From an uncultured delta proteobacterium (GTDB lineage Bacteria; Myxococcota; Myxococcia; Myxococcales; Myxococcaceae): a stretch of DNA of 64,000 bases. The translations under genes and the position numbers were made by a program. Of the stretch, positions 40,014 through 52,036 are shown piece by piece. Numbering within the stretch: position 1 is the stretch's first letter; each line of letters begins with the position of its first letter. The notes under the pieces were generated by a model. That model did not search any database and had not been told where the DNA came from. It saw only the letters and a program-made list of their open reading frames with translations. The stretch is taken from positions 192,001-256,000 of the forward strand of contig CAVYSY010000026.1 of NCBI GenBank assembly GCA_963771175.1. The letters are read 5' to 3'.

Positions 40014-41270
40014 TCACGCCGCGGCGGCGTGGTCCAGCGAGCGCCAGGTGCCCAGCGCCCAGTCCTGCTCATCCGGGTCATCGAAGCTGACGACGCACAG
40101 CGCCCGGTGCGCACCGGCCTCGCACAGGGCCGTGAGCCGGCACTCACCCGGCTCCATGTGCAGCGTCGCCCGTCCACTCACCCGCTCGCCGTGGTGTTGG
40201 AGCTCGTAGGGCAGCTCCGCCTCGGGCCCCGGAGCGCTGCCCCGCACGTCCCCCAGCGGAACGAAGCGCACGCTGCGCCGGTGGTCTCGCGCCACCCAGC
40301 TCCCGTCCGCGAGGCGCTGCTCGGCCAGCGAGCCGGGGATGCGAATCTCCCAGCCCTCGGGCAGCGTCACCTGCACCGAGCCCCGGCGATAGCCGATGAG
40401 CGGACCCGACGGCGCCGCGGCGGCGCGCTCGGAGACCTTCTCCGCCAGCGTGCCCCCGATGCCGAGAAACCCCAGCACCTCCTGCCACTCGCGCCACGGG
40501 TAGGGCAGCGAAGGGTCCTCCCGCCACGCCAACTCCAGCAGCCGGGCCACGTCGCGGAACAGATGACGCTCCTCCTCGAGCAGCGGCGGGCGCCACACCA
40601 TGTCCGTCCAGATGCGGCTGAGCGCGCGGCCCAGCCTCGTCGAGGCCCCCTGGCCGGGCTCCCACCACGGGAAGATGTCCCGGCCTCGCAGCGGCTCCTC
40701 GTGCACGGCCCGCACCCAGGCCTCGTCCCGGGGACCCAGGGGAGTCAGCAGGGCCCCGGGGTACTCGAAGCCATGCCCGGAGCGCAGCGACAGCGTGGCC
40801 CCCGAGTTGCCGAGCCTCCGGAAGTCCAGCACCCGCCGGCCATCTCCGCCAGCCAGGCGAGCATGAGCGGGGCGATGTCGCTCGCGTCCCCGGTATGGAA
40901 GTACCCCGTGGGGTCCCCCACCCCGGCGGTGGTGAGGGCCGGATCCGCCCAGTCCACCTGCGAAGGCATCCCCCAGGGAATGCAGCAGGTCGCAGAGGTA
41001 GCGGTGGTAGCCGGGCCCCACCATGGAGGTGTTGGCCGAGACGACCACCCGGCCCTGCCCGGCGGCCACGATGGCCACCTCCTCCGCGGCCGGGTGCAGG
41101 CGCAGGAACAGGATGGGCCCCTGGGGACTGTCCACGGTGCGCGAGCTCTCCAGCAGCTCCTCCGCGGCCTCGTGGACCCAGCGCTCCACCCTCCGCAACC
41201 ACGGCCGAGAGGCCTCGGGCGCGGTGAGCTCGCCTCCGTACCAGCCCGCCAGCAGCAACTTCACTCCCAT
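40014..41270 (-). CDS. Hypothetical protein (internal compensating frameshifts)
   Basis: Long ORF containing GPGYH. Confidence 0.55.
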   Translation of the reverse strand: MGVKLLLAGWYGGELTAPEASRPWLRRVERWVHEAAEELLESSRTVDSPQGPILFLRLHPAAEEVAIVAAGQGRVVVSANTSMVGPGYHRYLCDLLHSLGDAFAGGLGGSGPHHRRGGGPHGVLPYRGRERHRPAHARLAGGDGRRVLDFRRLGNSGATLSLRSGHGFEYPGALLTPLGPRDEAWVRAVHEEPLRGRDIFPWWEPGQGASTRLGRALSRIWTDMVWRPPLLEEERHLFRDVARLLELAWREDPSLPYPWREWQEVLGFLGIGGTLAEKVSERAAAAPSGPLIGYRRGSVQVTLPEGWEIRIPGSLAEQRLADGSWVARDHRRSVRFVPLGDVRGSAPGPEAELPYELQHHGERVSGRATLHMEPGECRLTALCEAGAHRALCVVSFDDPDEQDWALGTWRSLDHAAAA

Positions 41271-41343
41271 CGCATCGTCTCCTCTCCGTCGGGCCGGGGG
41301 TCCATCTCCACGCAACGGGCGTCGGGAGCCGATTATGTCGCCA

Positions 41344-41939
41344 TCAGCTCCAACTGATGTCGTAATCGACATCGAGCGAGGCCAGCCGCCGCCCCTGCAC
41401 CACGAGGTCTCGGGCCGTCGATTTCTCCAGCGCCGCGGTGAGGACGCCCTCGTTGTAGGCCACGGGCAGGAAGTCCTGGCGCGCCATCATGCGTGCCTTC
41501 CTATCCCCAGTTTCTCCACCGAGCGCTCGCCATAGCTGAGAGAGGCCCGGTAGGAGCTGGGGAAGCTGGCCAGCAGCCGGTGGGGATCCGTCCCGGCGAG
41601 CGCCATCATCGTCCTGCCCACGGTGGAGTGCAGGAAGTCCTCCGTGGCCCGCCGCCCGAGCTGGCGCATCACGGCGTCCCGTCCCCCGAGCCTCGGCCCG
41701 AGCAGGTCCGCGGCCGTGAAGAGGGCCTTCATGAAGTCCGCCACCGGGTAGCTGAAGAAGTCCACGAACTTCTTCTCACCGGCGGCGGCGAAGCACCTCG
41801 CCCGGGCCTCCTCGCCCCCGAGCGCGCGCACCGCTTCGAGCAGGCCGTTGAAGAACATCCCGCGACACGTATCCACGGGCGTGACGAGGGTGAGCAGTTC
41901 CTCCAACGAAGGATCGACGGGACCGGAGGTGGCGGGCAT
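41344..41939 (-). CDS. DUF2378 (myxobacterial) family protein, frameshift ~41495
   Basis: RGMFFNG, FFSYPV and YRASLSYGER. Confidence 0.75.
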
Positions 41940-42042
41940 CGACACGATAGGGGCTCCTGCGGAGGGTCCAGCGAGTGCTCGGTCGTCCGCGAGCTGCGCG
42001 GGGGGGGCCCGCATTTAGAGCGCAAAACGCCACTGCCTGGGC

Positions 42043-43682
42043 TCAAGCAGTGCGGATGGCCGCGGCCGACTCCAGCCCCAGCTCCGAGACCGCCATCTCG
42101 CGCATCCGGAATTTCTGGATCTTTCCCGTCACCGTCATCGGGAACTCGTCGACGAACTTCCAGTAGCGGGGAATCTTGTAGGTGGCGATGCGACCTGTGC
42201 AGAAGCGACCAGATCCTCCTGGGTGACGGTGGCGCCGGGCTTCGGCTTGACCCAGGCCATCACCTCCTCGCCGTACTTCTCGCTGGGCACGCCGATGACC
42301 TGGGCCTCGCTGACGGCGGGGTGGGTGTGGAGGAACTCTTCGATCTCGCGCGGATAGACGTTCTCGCCGCCGCGGATGATCATGTCCTTGATGCGGCCGA
42401 CGATGTTGACGTAGCCCTCCTCGTCCATGGTGGCGAGGTCGCCGGTGTGCATCCAGCCGGCCGCGTCGATGGACGTGCGGGTGGCCTCCTCGTTGTTCCA
42501 GTAGCCGAGCATGACGCTGTAGCCGCGCGTGCACAGCTCGCCCGGCGTGCCGCGAGGCACCACCGCGCCCGTGCCCGCGTCGACGATCTTCACCTCCACG
42601 TGCGGATGGACGCGGCCCACGGTGCAGACGCGCTTGTCCAGCGGATCGTCCAGCGCGCTCTGCGTGGACACGGGCGAGGTCTCGGTCATGCCGTAGCAGA
42701 TGGTGACCTCGCGCATGTTCATGCGCGACTGGACCTTCTTCATCACCTCGATGGGGCAGGGCGAGCCGGCCATGATGCCGGTGCGCAGCGTGGAGAGGTC
42801 GAACTCGCCGAAGCGCGGGTGATCGAGCTCGGCGATGAACATGGTGGGCACGCCGTAGAGCGCGGTGCAGCGCTCGACGCCCACCGTCTCCAGCACCGCG
42901 AGGGCATCGAAGGCCTCGCCAGGAATCACCATGGTCGCGCCGTGGGAGGTGCAGGCCAGGTTGCCCATCACCATGCCGAAGCAGTGGTAGAAGGGCACGG
43001 GGATGCAGACGCGGTCCTCGGGCCCCAGGCGCAGCCCCTCGCCCACGAAGAAGCCATTGTTGAGGATGTTGTGGTGGGTGAGCGTGGCGCCCTTGGGGAA
43101 GCCCGTGGTGCCGGAGGTGTACTGGATGTTGATGGCGTCGTCGAACTGGAGCGAGGCCTCGCGGTCCGCCAGCGTGCGCTCGCTCACGTGGGTGCCGTTC
43201 TTGAGGAGCAGCTCCCAGTCGTCGTCGAGCACGAGCGAGACGCGCAGGTCGGGGCAGCGCGGGCGCACCTCCTCCAGCATCTTGCGGTAGTCCGACTGGC
43301 GGAAGCCGCGCGACAGCAGCAGCACGCTGACGCCGGACTGCTGGAGCGCGTACTCCAGCTCGGCCGTCTTGTAGGCGGGGTTGATGTTCACGAGGACGGC
43401 CCCGAGGCGCGCCGGGGCGTACTGGACCACCACCCACTCGAAGCGATTGGGAGACCAGAGGCCCACGCGGTCGCCCTTCTCCACGCCGAAGGCCAGCAGG
43501 CCCAGGGCCACCCGCGTCGTCTCGTCCCAGAACTGGCGCTACGTGGCGCGGTAGCCCTGTGAGATGACGACGAGCGCCTCGCGGTCCGCGTAGCGCTCGA
43601 CGGTGCGACGCAGGTTCTGGCCGATGGTCTCCCCAAGCAGCGGGGTCGTGCTGGTGCCGTGGACGTAGGACGGAGAGGACAT
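42043..43682 (-). CDS. AMP-binding acyl-CoA synthetase (frameshifts)
   Basis: [20 protein letters not shown] and TGKIQK. Confidence 0.9.
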
Positions 43683-43860
43683 GGAGCGGATCCTTTCCGC
43701 CCGCCGCCGCCTCGCGCAAGCCCCGAACGCACTTGCTCGCTCCCCGAGGCGATTCACCTCCCGACACTCCCGTCCCCCGGGCCGTCGCGCAGTGGATGCT
43801 CGCCGCCTCGCGCCGCTCGGGAGCCTTGCCTGTCCCACCGCTGTATTCAAAAGAGCACGG

Positions 43861-46167
43861 ATGACCGCCGAGCCGAAACGACGCGAGCTCCTCATCTCCA
43901 AGGGCTGGGTGCAGGCCGCCGCCCTGGTGATGCTCTTCGGCTTCTTCGTCCTGGGGCTCCTCGCCTTCCGCGCCTATCGAGACAGCGCGCCCATCCCCCA
44001 ACGGGTCGTCAGCCCGGACGGGAGGCTCGTCTTCACCGGAGAGGACGTGCTCACGGGGCAGGGCCTCTTCCTGCGCAACGGGCTGATGCAGTACGGCTCG
44101 GTGTTCGGCCACGGCGCCTACCTGGGGCCGGACTACACCGCGGACTACCTGCGGCGCGCGGCGCTCTCCGTGCGCAATCGCCTCGGCGGAGAGGGAGAGA
44201 CCTCGGCCCAGGCGCGCACCGTCATCGCCTTCAAGGAGAACCGGTACGACGCGGCCACCGGCACGCTCACCCTCACCGCGGAGCAGGCCCTCGCCTTCGA
44301 GGAGCTGGCGGCGCACTACCACGCCACCTTCTCCTCGCCGGACACCGGAAAGGGACTGCGCCCCCGCGCCATCGCGGAGCCGGGAGACACCCGGCGGCTC
44401 ACCGCCTTCTTCGCCTGGACGGCCTGGACGGCCTCCACCCTGCGCCCGGGGCTCGATTACTCGTACACCAACAACTGGCCGCCGGAGCCGCTGGTGGGCA
44501 ACGGCCCCACGGGGGCCATGGTGGTGTGGAGCGTGCTGTCGCTCATCGCGCTGCTGGGCGGCATCGGCCTGCTGTTCGCCGCCTTCGGCCGGTGGGACTT
44601 CCTCGGCTGGCACGGCCGCGAGCGCCAGACGGTGTCCTTCCGCCGCCCCGGCGAGGTGGTCCTCACCGCCGTCCCAGCGCGCGTGCGCGTGGTTCTTCCT
44701 GGTGATGGCGGTGCTCTTCCTCGTGCAGTCCCTGCTGGGCGGCGCCACCCAGCACTACCGCGCCGAGCTGACCGGACTTCTTCGGCTTCGACCTGGCCGC
44801 CCTCCTCCCCTTCAACCTCGCGCGCACCTGGCACGTGCAGCTCGCCATCTTCTGGGTGGCCACGTCCTTCCTCGCCGCCGGCATCTTCCTGGCGCCCCTG
44901 GTGGCCGGCCACGAGCCGCGCGGACAGCACTGGCTGGCCTACGGGCTGCTGGGCGCGCTCGCGGTGGTGGTGTTCGGCAGCATGGCGGGCGAGCTCGCCG
45001 GCATCCACGGGTGGACCACCAGCGTGTGGTTCGGCAACCAGGGCTTCGAGTACCTGGACCTCGGGCGCTTCTGGCAGGTGCTGCTGTCCGTGGGGCTGCT
45101 GCTCTGGGTGGCGATGCTCTTCCGCGGGCTGCGGCGCCGGCTGCGCACCGAGCACCTGGGCAACATGCCCTGGCTCTTCTTCTTCTCGGCGCTGGCCATC
45201 CCCGCCTTCTACGCGGTGGGCCTGCTGGCCCGGCCCGACTCGCACTTCACCCTCACCGACTTCTGGCGCTTCTGGGTGGTGCACCTGTGGGTCGAGGACT
45301 TCCTCGAGCTCTTCACCACCATCATGGTGGCCTACATCTTCGTGCTGCTGGGCGTGGTGTCCGAGCGCGTGGCCCTGCGCGTCATCTACCTGGACATCAT
45401 CCTGTACTCGGTCGGCGGCGTCATCGGCACCATGCACCACCTGTACTTCTCCGGCACGCCGGTGGAGCACATGGCGCTCGGCGCCTTCTTCTCCGCCGCC
45501 GAGGTGATTCCGCTCACCTTCCTCACCGTGGAGGCGTGGAGCTTCCTGCGGCTGGGCCGTGAGCAGGGAGCGCAGGTCCAGCGCGCCCTTCCCCCACCGC
45601 TGGGCCATCCTGTTCCTGGTCTCGGTGGGCTTCTGGAACTTCCTGGGCGCCGGCATCTTCGGCTTCCTCATCAACCTGCCCATCGTCTCGTACTACGAGA
45701 TCGGCACCGCGCTGACCTCCAACCACGGCCACGCGGCGATGATGGGCGTCTACGGCATGCTGGCGGTGGGGCTGGCGCTCTTCGCGCTGCGCTACCTCAT
45801 CCCCGAGGACCGCTGGTCCGAGCGGGCCGCGAAGCTGAGCTTCTGGTCGCTCAACCTCGGGCTGGCGTGGATGGTGTTCGCCACGCTCTTCCCGCTGGGC
45901 GTGCTGCAGCTCTACGAGTCCGTCAGCCACGGCTACTTCGAGGCGCGCCAGCTCGACTTCCTCACCAGCGAACGGATGGAGCTGCTCGAGTGGATGCGGC
46001 TGCCCGGCGACGTCCTCTTCATCGTGGGCGGCGTGCTGCCCCTGCTGCTGCTGTGCTGGCGGGGCGTGCGCCACCGGGTGCCCCACCCGGAGCACGCCGG
46101 GCCGGAGACCGCGCCCCTCTTCACCCACGTCGAGGGCGCGGTCGAGCCAGCGGAGCCGGGGCGATGA
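43861..46167 (+). CDS. norB: Quinol-dependent nitric oxide reductase (qNOR), frameshifted
   Basis: [29 protein letters not shown] and WMRLPGD. Confidence 0.9.
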
Positions 46168-46484
46168 ACCTCCACGCCGAGGTGCTGTTCGCTTCCGGGT
46201 ATGCGCTCTTCTTGCTGGGAGTGGCCCGGGGCCTGGTGGCGATGGGACGGCGGGCGCGTGCGGGGGACGACACCTGGCCGCGCACGGACGTCGCCCGCTT
46301 CCACCAGGGACTGTCCATGGTCCTCATCTTGCTGGCGGGCCTGCTCGTCGGCGCCTGCGCGGTGCGTCACCCCGAGGGCCTCGAATTGGGGTTGCTCGGC
46401 GGGGTGTCGCTGGCAATCGCCTGGAGGGCCCGTCGCGCCTGGGTCGAGTGGTGGGCGGAGGCCTCCGCCAGCGGGGAGGGATAG
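46164..46484 (+). CDS. Small membrane protein coupled to qNOR
   Basis: ATGA overlap; three hydrophobic segments. Confidence 0.6.
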   Translation: MNLHAEVLFASGYALFLLGVARGLVAMGRRARAGDDTWPRTDVARFHQGLSMVLILLAGLLVGACAVRHPEGLELGLLGGVSLAIAWRARRAWVEWWAEASASGEG

Positions 46485-46519
46485 ACGAGCAGCCGCACAT
46501 GGACGCCGGGAGCCCGGCC

Positions 46520-48151
46520 TCAGGCCAGCCCCCCCGCGCCCTCCTCTTCCAGCTCGATGTCCCGGCCCTGGGGCATGTCCACCAGGGCCCCGAGCGGATA
46601 GATGATGAGGTGGCGCTGGGGCTCGCTGCCGTGACTCACCGTCTCCAGGTGGTAACGCGAGACGAGCCGGTGCTGCAGCTTGCGCAGCCGGGGCGGCCTC
46701 GGGGCCAGCGGCACCACCACACTCTCGCTCAGCACGCGCTGGATGGCGTGCTCGGCCTCCAGCACCGCCTCGCGCACCTGCTCCTCGTCCACGCCCTCTG
46801 CGATGAGGAAGGCATCGCGCAGCACCCGCCGCATCTCCGACGAGCTGTTGCGCTTGATGGCCAGCACGCGCGCGCCCGTCTTCTCCGACACCTTGCGCAT
46901 CTTCGGATCATTGGCGCGCGAGCGCAGCGTGAGGATGACGTCCGCGTTCTCCAGGCGGCCCACCACGCGCGCATCCGCTCCGAGATCGCGCAGCACCCGC
47001 TCGAGCAGGTCCCTGCTGGCCGCGTGGACGTAGACGCGCGAGGTGCCCTGACGCAGGCCGGGCTGGCGCCTCGGCCCGAGCCGCGAGGCCTCGCGAGCGG
47101 GCTCGGCGGAGACCGGAGCCGGCAGCGGGGCCACCGCCTTCGGCTCCTCCTTCACCTCCACCTGGCCCTCGACGAGCTGGCGCCGCTCGCCGCCCACGTC
47201 CTCGCCCGCCAGCAGCCGGTCCACCGACTGGGCGGTGTCGCGGTGCACCAGCACCTCGTCGCGGTTCACCATCTCCACCACCACGTCGAAGGTGGGCGGC
47301 GCCCGGCGCTCGTTGATCGTCTTCTGCGTGCGGCGGCGCCGCGCCTCCTCGTCGCTGAGCGTGACGGTGTGCACGCCGCCCACGAGGTCCGACAGCGTGG
47401 GGTTGAGGACGAGGTTCTCGAGCGTGTTGCCGTGGGCGGTGGCCACCAGCTGCACGCCGCGCTCGGCGATGGTGCGGGCCGCGGCGGCCTCGGCCGAGGT
47501 GCCGATCTCGTCGACGATGATGGCCTCGGGCATGTGGTTCTCCACCGCCTCGATCATCACGTCGTGCTGTTTGTCCGGCCGCGACACCTGCATGCGGCGC
47601 GCGGTGCCGATGCCCGGGTGGGGGATGTCGCCGTCGCCGCCGATCTCGTTGGAGGTGTCGACCACCATCACGCGCTTGCCCAGGTCGTCGGCGAGCACGC
47701 GGGCCACCTCGCGCAGCTTGGTCGTCTTGCCCACGCCGGGCCGGCCGAGCAGCAGGAGGTTGAGACCGGTGTCGATGAGGTCCCGCAGCATGTCGATGGT
47801 GCCGAAGATGGCGCGACCCACGCGCAAGGTGAGGCCCACCACCTCGCCCTGGCGGTTGCGGATGGCGGAGATGCGGTGGAGGGTGCGCTCGATGCCGGCG
47901 CGGTTGTCCTCGCCCACCGAGCCCACCTGGCCCACCACGTGCTCCAGGTCCTTGCGGGTGACGGGAGACTCGGACAAGCGGGCCACTCGCCCGACCAATC
48001 GGGCTTCGGGCGGGCGACCGAGATCCATCACCACCTCCAACATCTCACCCGGTGGAAGCTCCCGCACCGCCGCCTGCAGGGGCGCGGGGAGGATGTCCAC
48101 GAGGAGCTGGAAGTCGTCATTGGGAACGGGAGTGGCGTCGCGCTGACTCAT
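46520..48151 (-). CDS. Ycf45/SpoIIIAA-like AAA ATPase with C-terminal R3H domain
   Basis: GRPGVGKTT, DTSNEIGG, DEIG, ATAHG and RKLQH. Confidence 0.85.
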   Translation of the reverse strand: MSQRDATPVPNDDFQLLVDILPAPLQAAVRELPPGEMLEVVMDLGRPPEARLVGRVARLSESPVTRKDLEHVVGQVGSVGEDNRAGIERTLHRISAIRNRQGEVVGLTLRVGRAIFGTIDMLRDLIDTGLNLLLLGRPGVGKTTKLREVARVLADDLGKRVMVVDTSNEIGGDGDIPHPGIGTARRMQVSRPDKQHDVMIEAVENHMPEAIIVDEIGTSAEAAAARTIAERGVQLVATAHGNTLENLVLNPTLSDLVGGVHTVTLSDEEARRRRTQKTINERRAPPTFDVVVEMVNRDEVLVHRDTAQSVDRLLAGEDVGGERRQLVEGQVEVKEEPKAVAPLPAPVSAEPAREASRLGPRRQPGLRQGTSRVYVHAASRDLLERVLRDLGADARVVGRLENADVILTLRSRANDPKMRKVSEKTGARVLAIKRNSSSEMRRVLRDAFLIAEGVDEEQVREAVLEAEHAIQRVLSESVVVPLAPRPPRLRKLQHRLVSRYHLETVSHGSEPQRHLIIYPLGALVDMPQGRDIELEEEGAGGLA

Positions 48152-48356
48152 GGCGTGTCTAAAGGTGAATCCTTCCCGGGCGTCGTGCACCGTGTCCCGC
48201 GGCCGGGGGGCAGCGGAGCACCCGAAGCTAGCGGGCATCCAGGCGCAGCGCCTCTCTCTTGTGACTGGGTACGGCCCGGAGCCCTGCATAGCTCACGAAA
48301 TGGGTGTGACTGGAGGCCGCGCCCCCAGCCCCCCACCACCCCTTAGGAGCAAGGCC

Positions 48357-48821
48357 ATGGCCCAGCACGACAAGGACAAGGACATCACCCGCAGTACCCC
48401 GAATACCGAGAACAACATCGACAAGCCCAAGGGGCAGATGAGCATCCGTGACGCTGCTGCGAAGGAGATGCCGACACAACACATTGAGACCAGCATGCCG
48501 GGAACGGCGGTGCACGGCTTCGGCGAAGGTCAGGCCGACACGGTGAAGCGCCATACGAGCACCGCGGACATGGCCATGGGAATGCCGCAGCCGAGCGCGG
48601 GGGAGTCGGTGACGAAGCTCGTCGAGCAGATCTTCCAGCTCCCGTTCCACGCGCAGCTCGGCGTGCTGCGGATGATCGCGCCCAAGATTCTGGGTGCCAT
48701 GGACGCGAGAGACCGAAAGAATTTCCTGAGCACGCTGAGCTCGGAGACGAGCGAGGAGGGCACCGCCGAGAAGGGCACCGCGGCGAGTCCCATGAGCATG
48801 GAGGACATCCAGGGCATGTGA
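48357..48821 (+). CDS. Hypothetical protein
   Basis: AGGAG RBS; GC3-biased ORF. Confidence 0.6.
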   Translation: MAQHDKDKDITRSTPNTENNIDKPKGQMSIRDAAAKEMPTQHIETSMPGTAVHGFGEGQADTVKRHTSTADMAMGMPQPSAGESVTKLVEQIFQLPFHAQLGVLRMIAPKILGAMDARDRKNFLSTLSSETSEEGTAEKGTAASPMSMEDIQGM

Positions 48822-48865
48822 TCGACCTCCACTGGGGAGCACGACGAGCGGAGACCCGAGTGCCG

Positions 48866-49765
48866 TCACCGCCCCCGTGGGGAGCCTTCACCACCCCCTG
48901 AGGAGCGAATGCCCGCGCTGGCGGCGGCGGCCATGAAGCGAAGCACCATCCGCGGATCCTCCAGCATCCGCTGCAGCTCGCCCCCGAGCTCCCGGAACAG
49001 GGAGCGGCACAGCTCCACCTTCTCCTCGTCCGAGAGCGGGGAGGCATGCCCCAGCGGAGGCATCCGCTGCCGCCAGGTGCGCGAGCGCAGCAGGTGCGAG
49101 CGGAGGAAGTCCAGGATGTCGATGGGGGTCGGCGGCATGAGTCCCACCGAGATGGGAATGGACTCCTGCTCCGGCGCGGTGACCTCGTGCCAGAAGCCAC
49201 CGGGAATGTAGAGCCAGTCGCCGGCTTCGAGCCGGCACTCGAGGGTCGGCGTCCGCTCGCGCGCGATGTTCGTCTCGGCGGTGAGCGTCTCGAGCAGGGG
49301 CACCGGGTTGAGCGTGTTCTCCCGCAGCAGGTAGCGCTTGGCCCCCTGGGTCTGGAAGATGAAGACCTCCTCCGGGTCGCAGTGCCAGCCGAAGCTGCCG
49401 TGGCCCGGAGGGGTGCAATAGACCTGCAGGTTCACCGTGCCGTGCAGCTCGGCGGAGAGCGTGCGCCCCAACTGCGCGAGGCCCGCGTCATGCCGATCCG
49501 CGTGCCTCAGGGCGAGCGAGTACCCCTCCTCGTAGAGCTTGCGGGCCTCCTGGGCACTGGTGGGCCGGGGGCCCGACCACAGCACGCCGTCGCGGACCAG
49601 CAGCAGGTCGCACGCGGGATTCTCGACGAGACGCTCGACGGTGGCCCAGGTCGCCAGCTCCCGCAGGTGTGCGGCGGCGGCCGGCCGCGCGAGCGGCTTC
49701 TGGAGGTAGTGCTCCTGGAGGAAGACAGGGCGAGGAAGCTCGCCCAGCAGCGTGTCGATGAGCAT
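48866..49765 (-). CDS. JmjC/cupin 2-oxoglutarate oxygenase
   Basis: WHCD...GAKRY...GDWLYIPGGFWH. Confidence 0.85.
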   Translation of the reverse strand: MLIDTLLGELPRPVFLQEHYLQKPLARPAAAAHLRELATWATVERLVENPACDLLLVRDGVLWSGPRPTSAQEARKLYEEGYSLALRHADRHDAGLAQLGRTLSAELHGTVNLQVYCTPPGHGSFGWHCDPEEVFIFQTQGAKRYLLRENTLNPVPLLETLTAETNIARERTPTLECRLEAGDWLYIPGGFWHEVTAPEQESIPISVGLMPPTPIDILDFLRSHLLRSRTWRQRMPPLGHASPLSDEEKVELCRSLFRELGGELQRMLEDPRMVLRFMAAAASAGIRSSGGGEGSPRGR

Positions 49766-49880
49766 GGAGAAACCTGGTGGGCCCCATGAACCAATGTCGG
49801 GCCTTCACCCGGAATATACGAGGGAAACCGAAGAAAGAAGGCCCCCGGAGCGCGTGCCCTCGGAGGCCTTCTCGGCGTCC

Positions 49881-50990
49881 TCAGAGGGCCTCGAGGCGCT
49901 GCCGGAGCCGCGCCGCCACGCGCGGCAGGTCGTCGGGCTCCTTCACCGGCTCGAACCGGCTGGTGGCCGGGTCCGTCCGGCTCACCTCGACGAAGACGAC
50001 GGGGAAGAGCGGCTGGCCATCGGGGCCGGTGAGGCTGCTGGCCTCCGCCGTCACCTGCTCGAGCTGAATCACGGGCTGCCCGTCCACCTTCTTGGAGACC
50101 GCCCGGTAGGGAATGGGGATGTCCTTCCGGAGCATCGCGTCCAGGTCGAAGGTGATGTTGTTGGTCGAGATGAACGGGTGCTGGGTCGGGTCCACCTTCT
50201 CGACGAGCTGGAGCAGCCCATTGAGGCGCAGCGGTGCCGCGCCCGCGTCGAGCGCCCCGCTGGGGTTCTTCCGCGGCGTCACCTCCACCGTCATGGACTT
50301 GCCCAGCTTCAGGTGCATGCCGATGACGACCGGGTCGAGCGTCGCCGCCAGGTTGTCCACGTTGGAGAAGTACACGCAGCGCACGCCACGCCGGCGCAAC
50401 TCCTCCCCCACCCCGCTCTCACGCAAGGCCCGGAAGACATCTCCGTGCCCGGAGGGGGCGAACGAGAGCTGACCATCCGCGTCCTTGAACAGCTCGCCGC
50501 TCGACGTGAGCCGCGGGAGCATCCGCTGGCGGAAGAGGAACACGTTCTCCTGTGCACCCTGCTTCGCCAGGTGCGCGGTGATGTCCTCATGGGTGAGGAA
50601 GGACGTCATCAGCGCCACGGGCACCGGGCGTCCGAAGCGAGCCCCCAGCCGGCGCGCCTCCGCCAGCTTGAAGTCGAGGAAGGTGCGCTCCCCCAATACC
50701 GGGACGAGCCCCTTCACCCCGCCGCCGAAGCGCGTCCCGGCGCCGCCGGCCACCACGAGGGCGGCCACCTGGCCCTGCCGGAACGCCTCCTCACCGCGAG
50801 CCCGGCACTCCTCGTACTCGGGGGTCCCCTCCCGTGGGAGCGGCTGGACGTCACCCTCGCGGGGCGGTTCGAGGGTGCCGGTGAGGGGCGCGGTAGCGGC
50901 GAGCTCACCGCGTTTGAACTGGGCGAGCAGCTCACGGAAGCTCGCGGCGTCGAAGCCGTCACGGGCGAGCTGAGGACTGTCGAGATCCAT
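49881..50990 (-). CDS. UTP--glucose-1-phosphate uridylyltransferase (UDPGP family)
   Basis: [24 protein letters not shown] and RFEPVK. Confidence 0.8.
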   Translation of the reverse strand: MDLDSPQLARDGFDAASFRELLAQFKRGELAATAPLTGTLEPPREGDVQPLPREGTPEYEECRARGEEAFRQGQVAALVVAGGAGTRFGGGVKGLVPVLGERTFLDFKLAEARRLGARFGRPVPVALMTSFLTHEDITAHLAKQGAQENVFLFRQRMLPRLTSSGELFKDADGQLSFAPSGHGDVFRALRESGVGEELRRRGVRCVYFSNVDNLAATLDPVVIGMHLKLGKSMTVEVTPRKNPSGALDAGAAPLRLNGLLQLVEKVDPTQHPFISTNNITFDLDAMLRKDIPIPYRAVSKKVDGQPVIQLEQVTAEASSLTGPDGQPLFPVVFVEVSRTDPATSRFEPVKEPDDLPRVAARLRQRLEAL

Positions 50991-51330
50991 ATCGGTCGGT
51001 TGGCCTGTCACGGGACGAAGGTACTGCGCACCTCCATGATGCGCATGGTCCTTTGGGACAAGATAAACCGGTCCGCTGAGCGGCCGGCCATCCAATCCGC
51101 AGGAGGGCCGCCATCCGCGAACAATCACTGGGGCCAGACCACTCCGATGAGGACCTGCGGCGCTGGGAGCGTCGTTTCCTCGATTGACACTCGCTGCACA
51201 CCCCACCGCGGACCTGTGCGAGCCGCTGCACAAGCGTTGCACACCGCGCCCCGCCGTCCCTCTGCGTGACGCACGGCGCCACGGCTGGCGCGCGAGGTGC
51301 ATCGAGCCCTCCTCCCGGAGGGTTCAATCC

Positions 51331-52035
51331 ATGAGCGCGACAATGATGGCAACGAAGTGGGATGTGCGGGTGCTCGCCGTGGCGGGCGCGGGGCTGCTGG
51401 GGCTCGCGGGCGTGTTCCTGTGGAGGGACTTGCAGGTGCCGCACGAGCTGCTGCTCGCGGTGGCCGCGGTGCTGGCCTCGGCGGTGGCCCTGGCCGAGGT
51501 GCCCCGGCACCGCCCGCTCGCCGGTCCCATCGCCCTGCTCGTCACCGGCCTCGCTGGCGGCCTGTGGTACGCGTCGGTGAAATCCGGGCTGCTGCTGCCG
51601 GGCCTGGGGCTCACCGTCCTCGCCACCGCCGTCACCGTGGCGCGCACCTGGCGCCGCACCGAGGCGCGCGAGGACAAGCTGCAGGGCGTGCTCCTCTGGT
51701 ACGGACTGACGGCGGCGGTGCTCGCGGCCTCGTGGGCCTTCTACTTCCACTTCTTCACCCTGGGCTTCGCCGCCGATGACATTGGCCGCCGGCTGGTGCT
51801 CACCCTGGGCTGGCTCGTCTCGGGCGTGGGGCTCGTGGTGTACGGCCGCAACCGGGGCGAGAACGTCATCCGCGACGCGGGCTTCGCCTTCATCGCCGTG
51901 GCCGTGGGCAAGGCGCTCGCCTATGACACCACGCACCTGAGCGGCATGCTGCGCGTCGCGGGCCTGGCCGGCGCGGGCGCCCTCATGCTCGGCGGCGCGT
52001 GGCTGTCCCTCCACCGTCAGGCCCGGAGCGCGTGA
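51331..52035 (+). CDS. Multi-pass membrane protein (DUF2339-like C-terminus)
   Basis: About eight TM segments; KALAYD...RV. Confidence 0.55.
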   Translation: MSATMMATKWDVRVLAVAGAGLLGLAGVFLWRDLQVPHELLLAVAAVLASAVALAEVPRHRPLAGPIALLVTGLAGGLWYASVKSGLLLPGLGLTVLATAVTVARTWRRTEAREDKLQGVLLWYGLTAAVLAASWAFYFHFFTLGFAADDIGRRLVLTLGWLVSGVGLVVYGRNRGENVIRDAGFAFIAVAVGKALAYDTTHLSGMLRVAGLAGAGALMLGGAWLSLHRQARSA

Positions 52036-52036
52036 C

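Noticed and set aside
48357..49765. RiPP precursor + JmjC modifying enzyme
   Set aside because: The genes are convergent, the small ORF has no precursor-like features, and there is no transporter or peptidase
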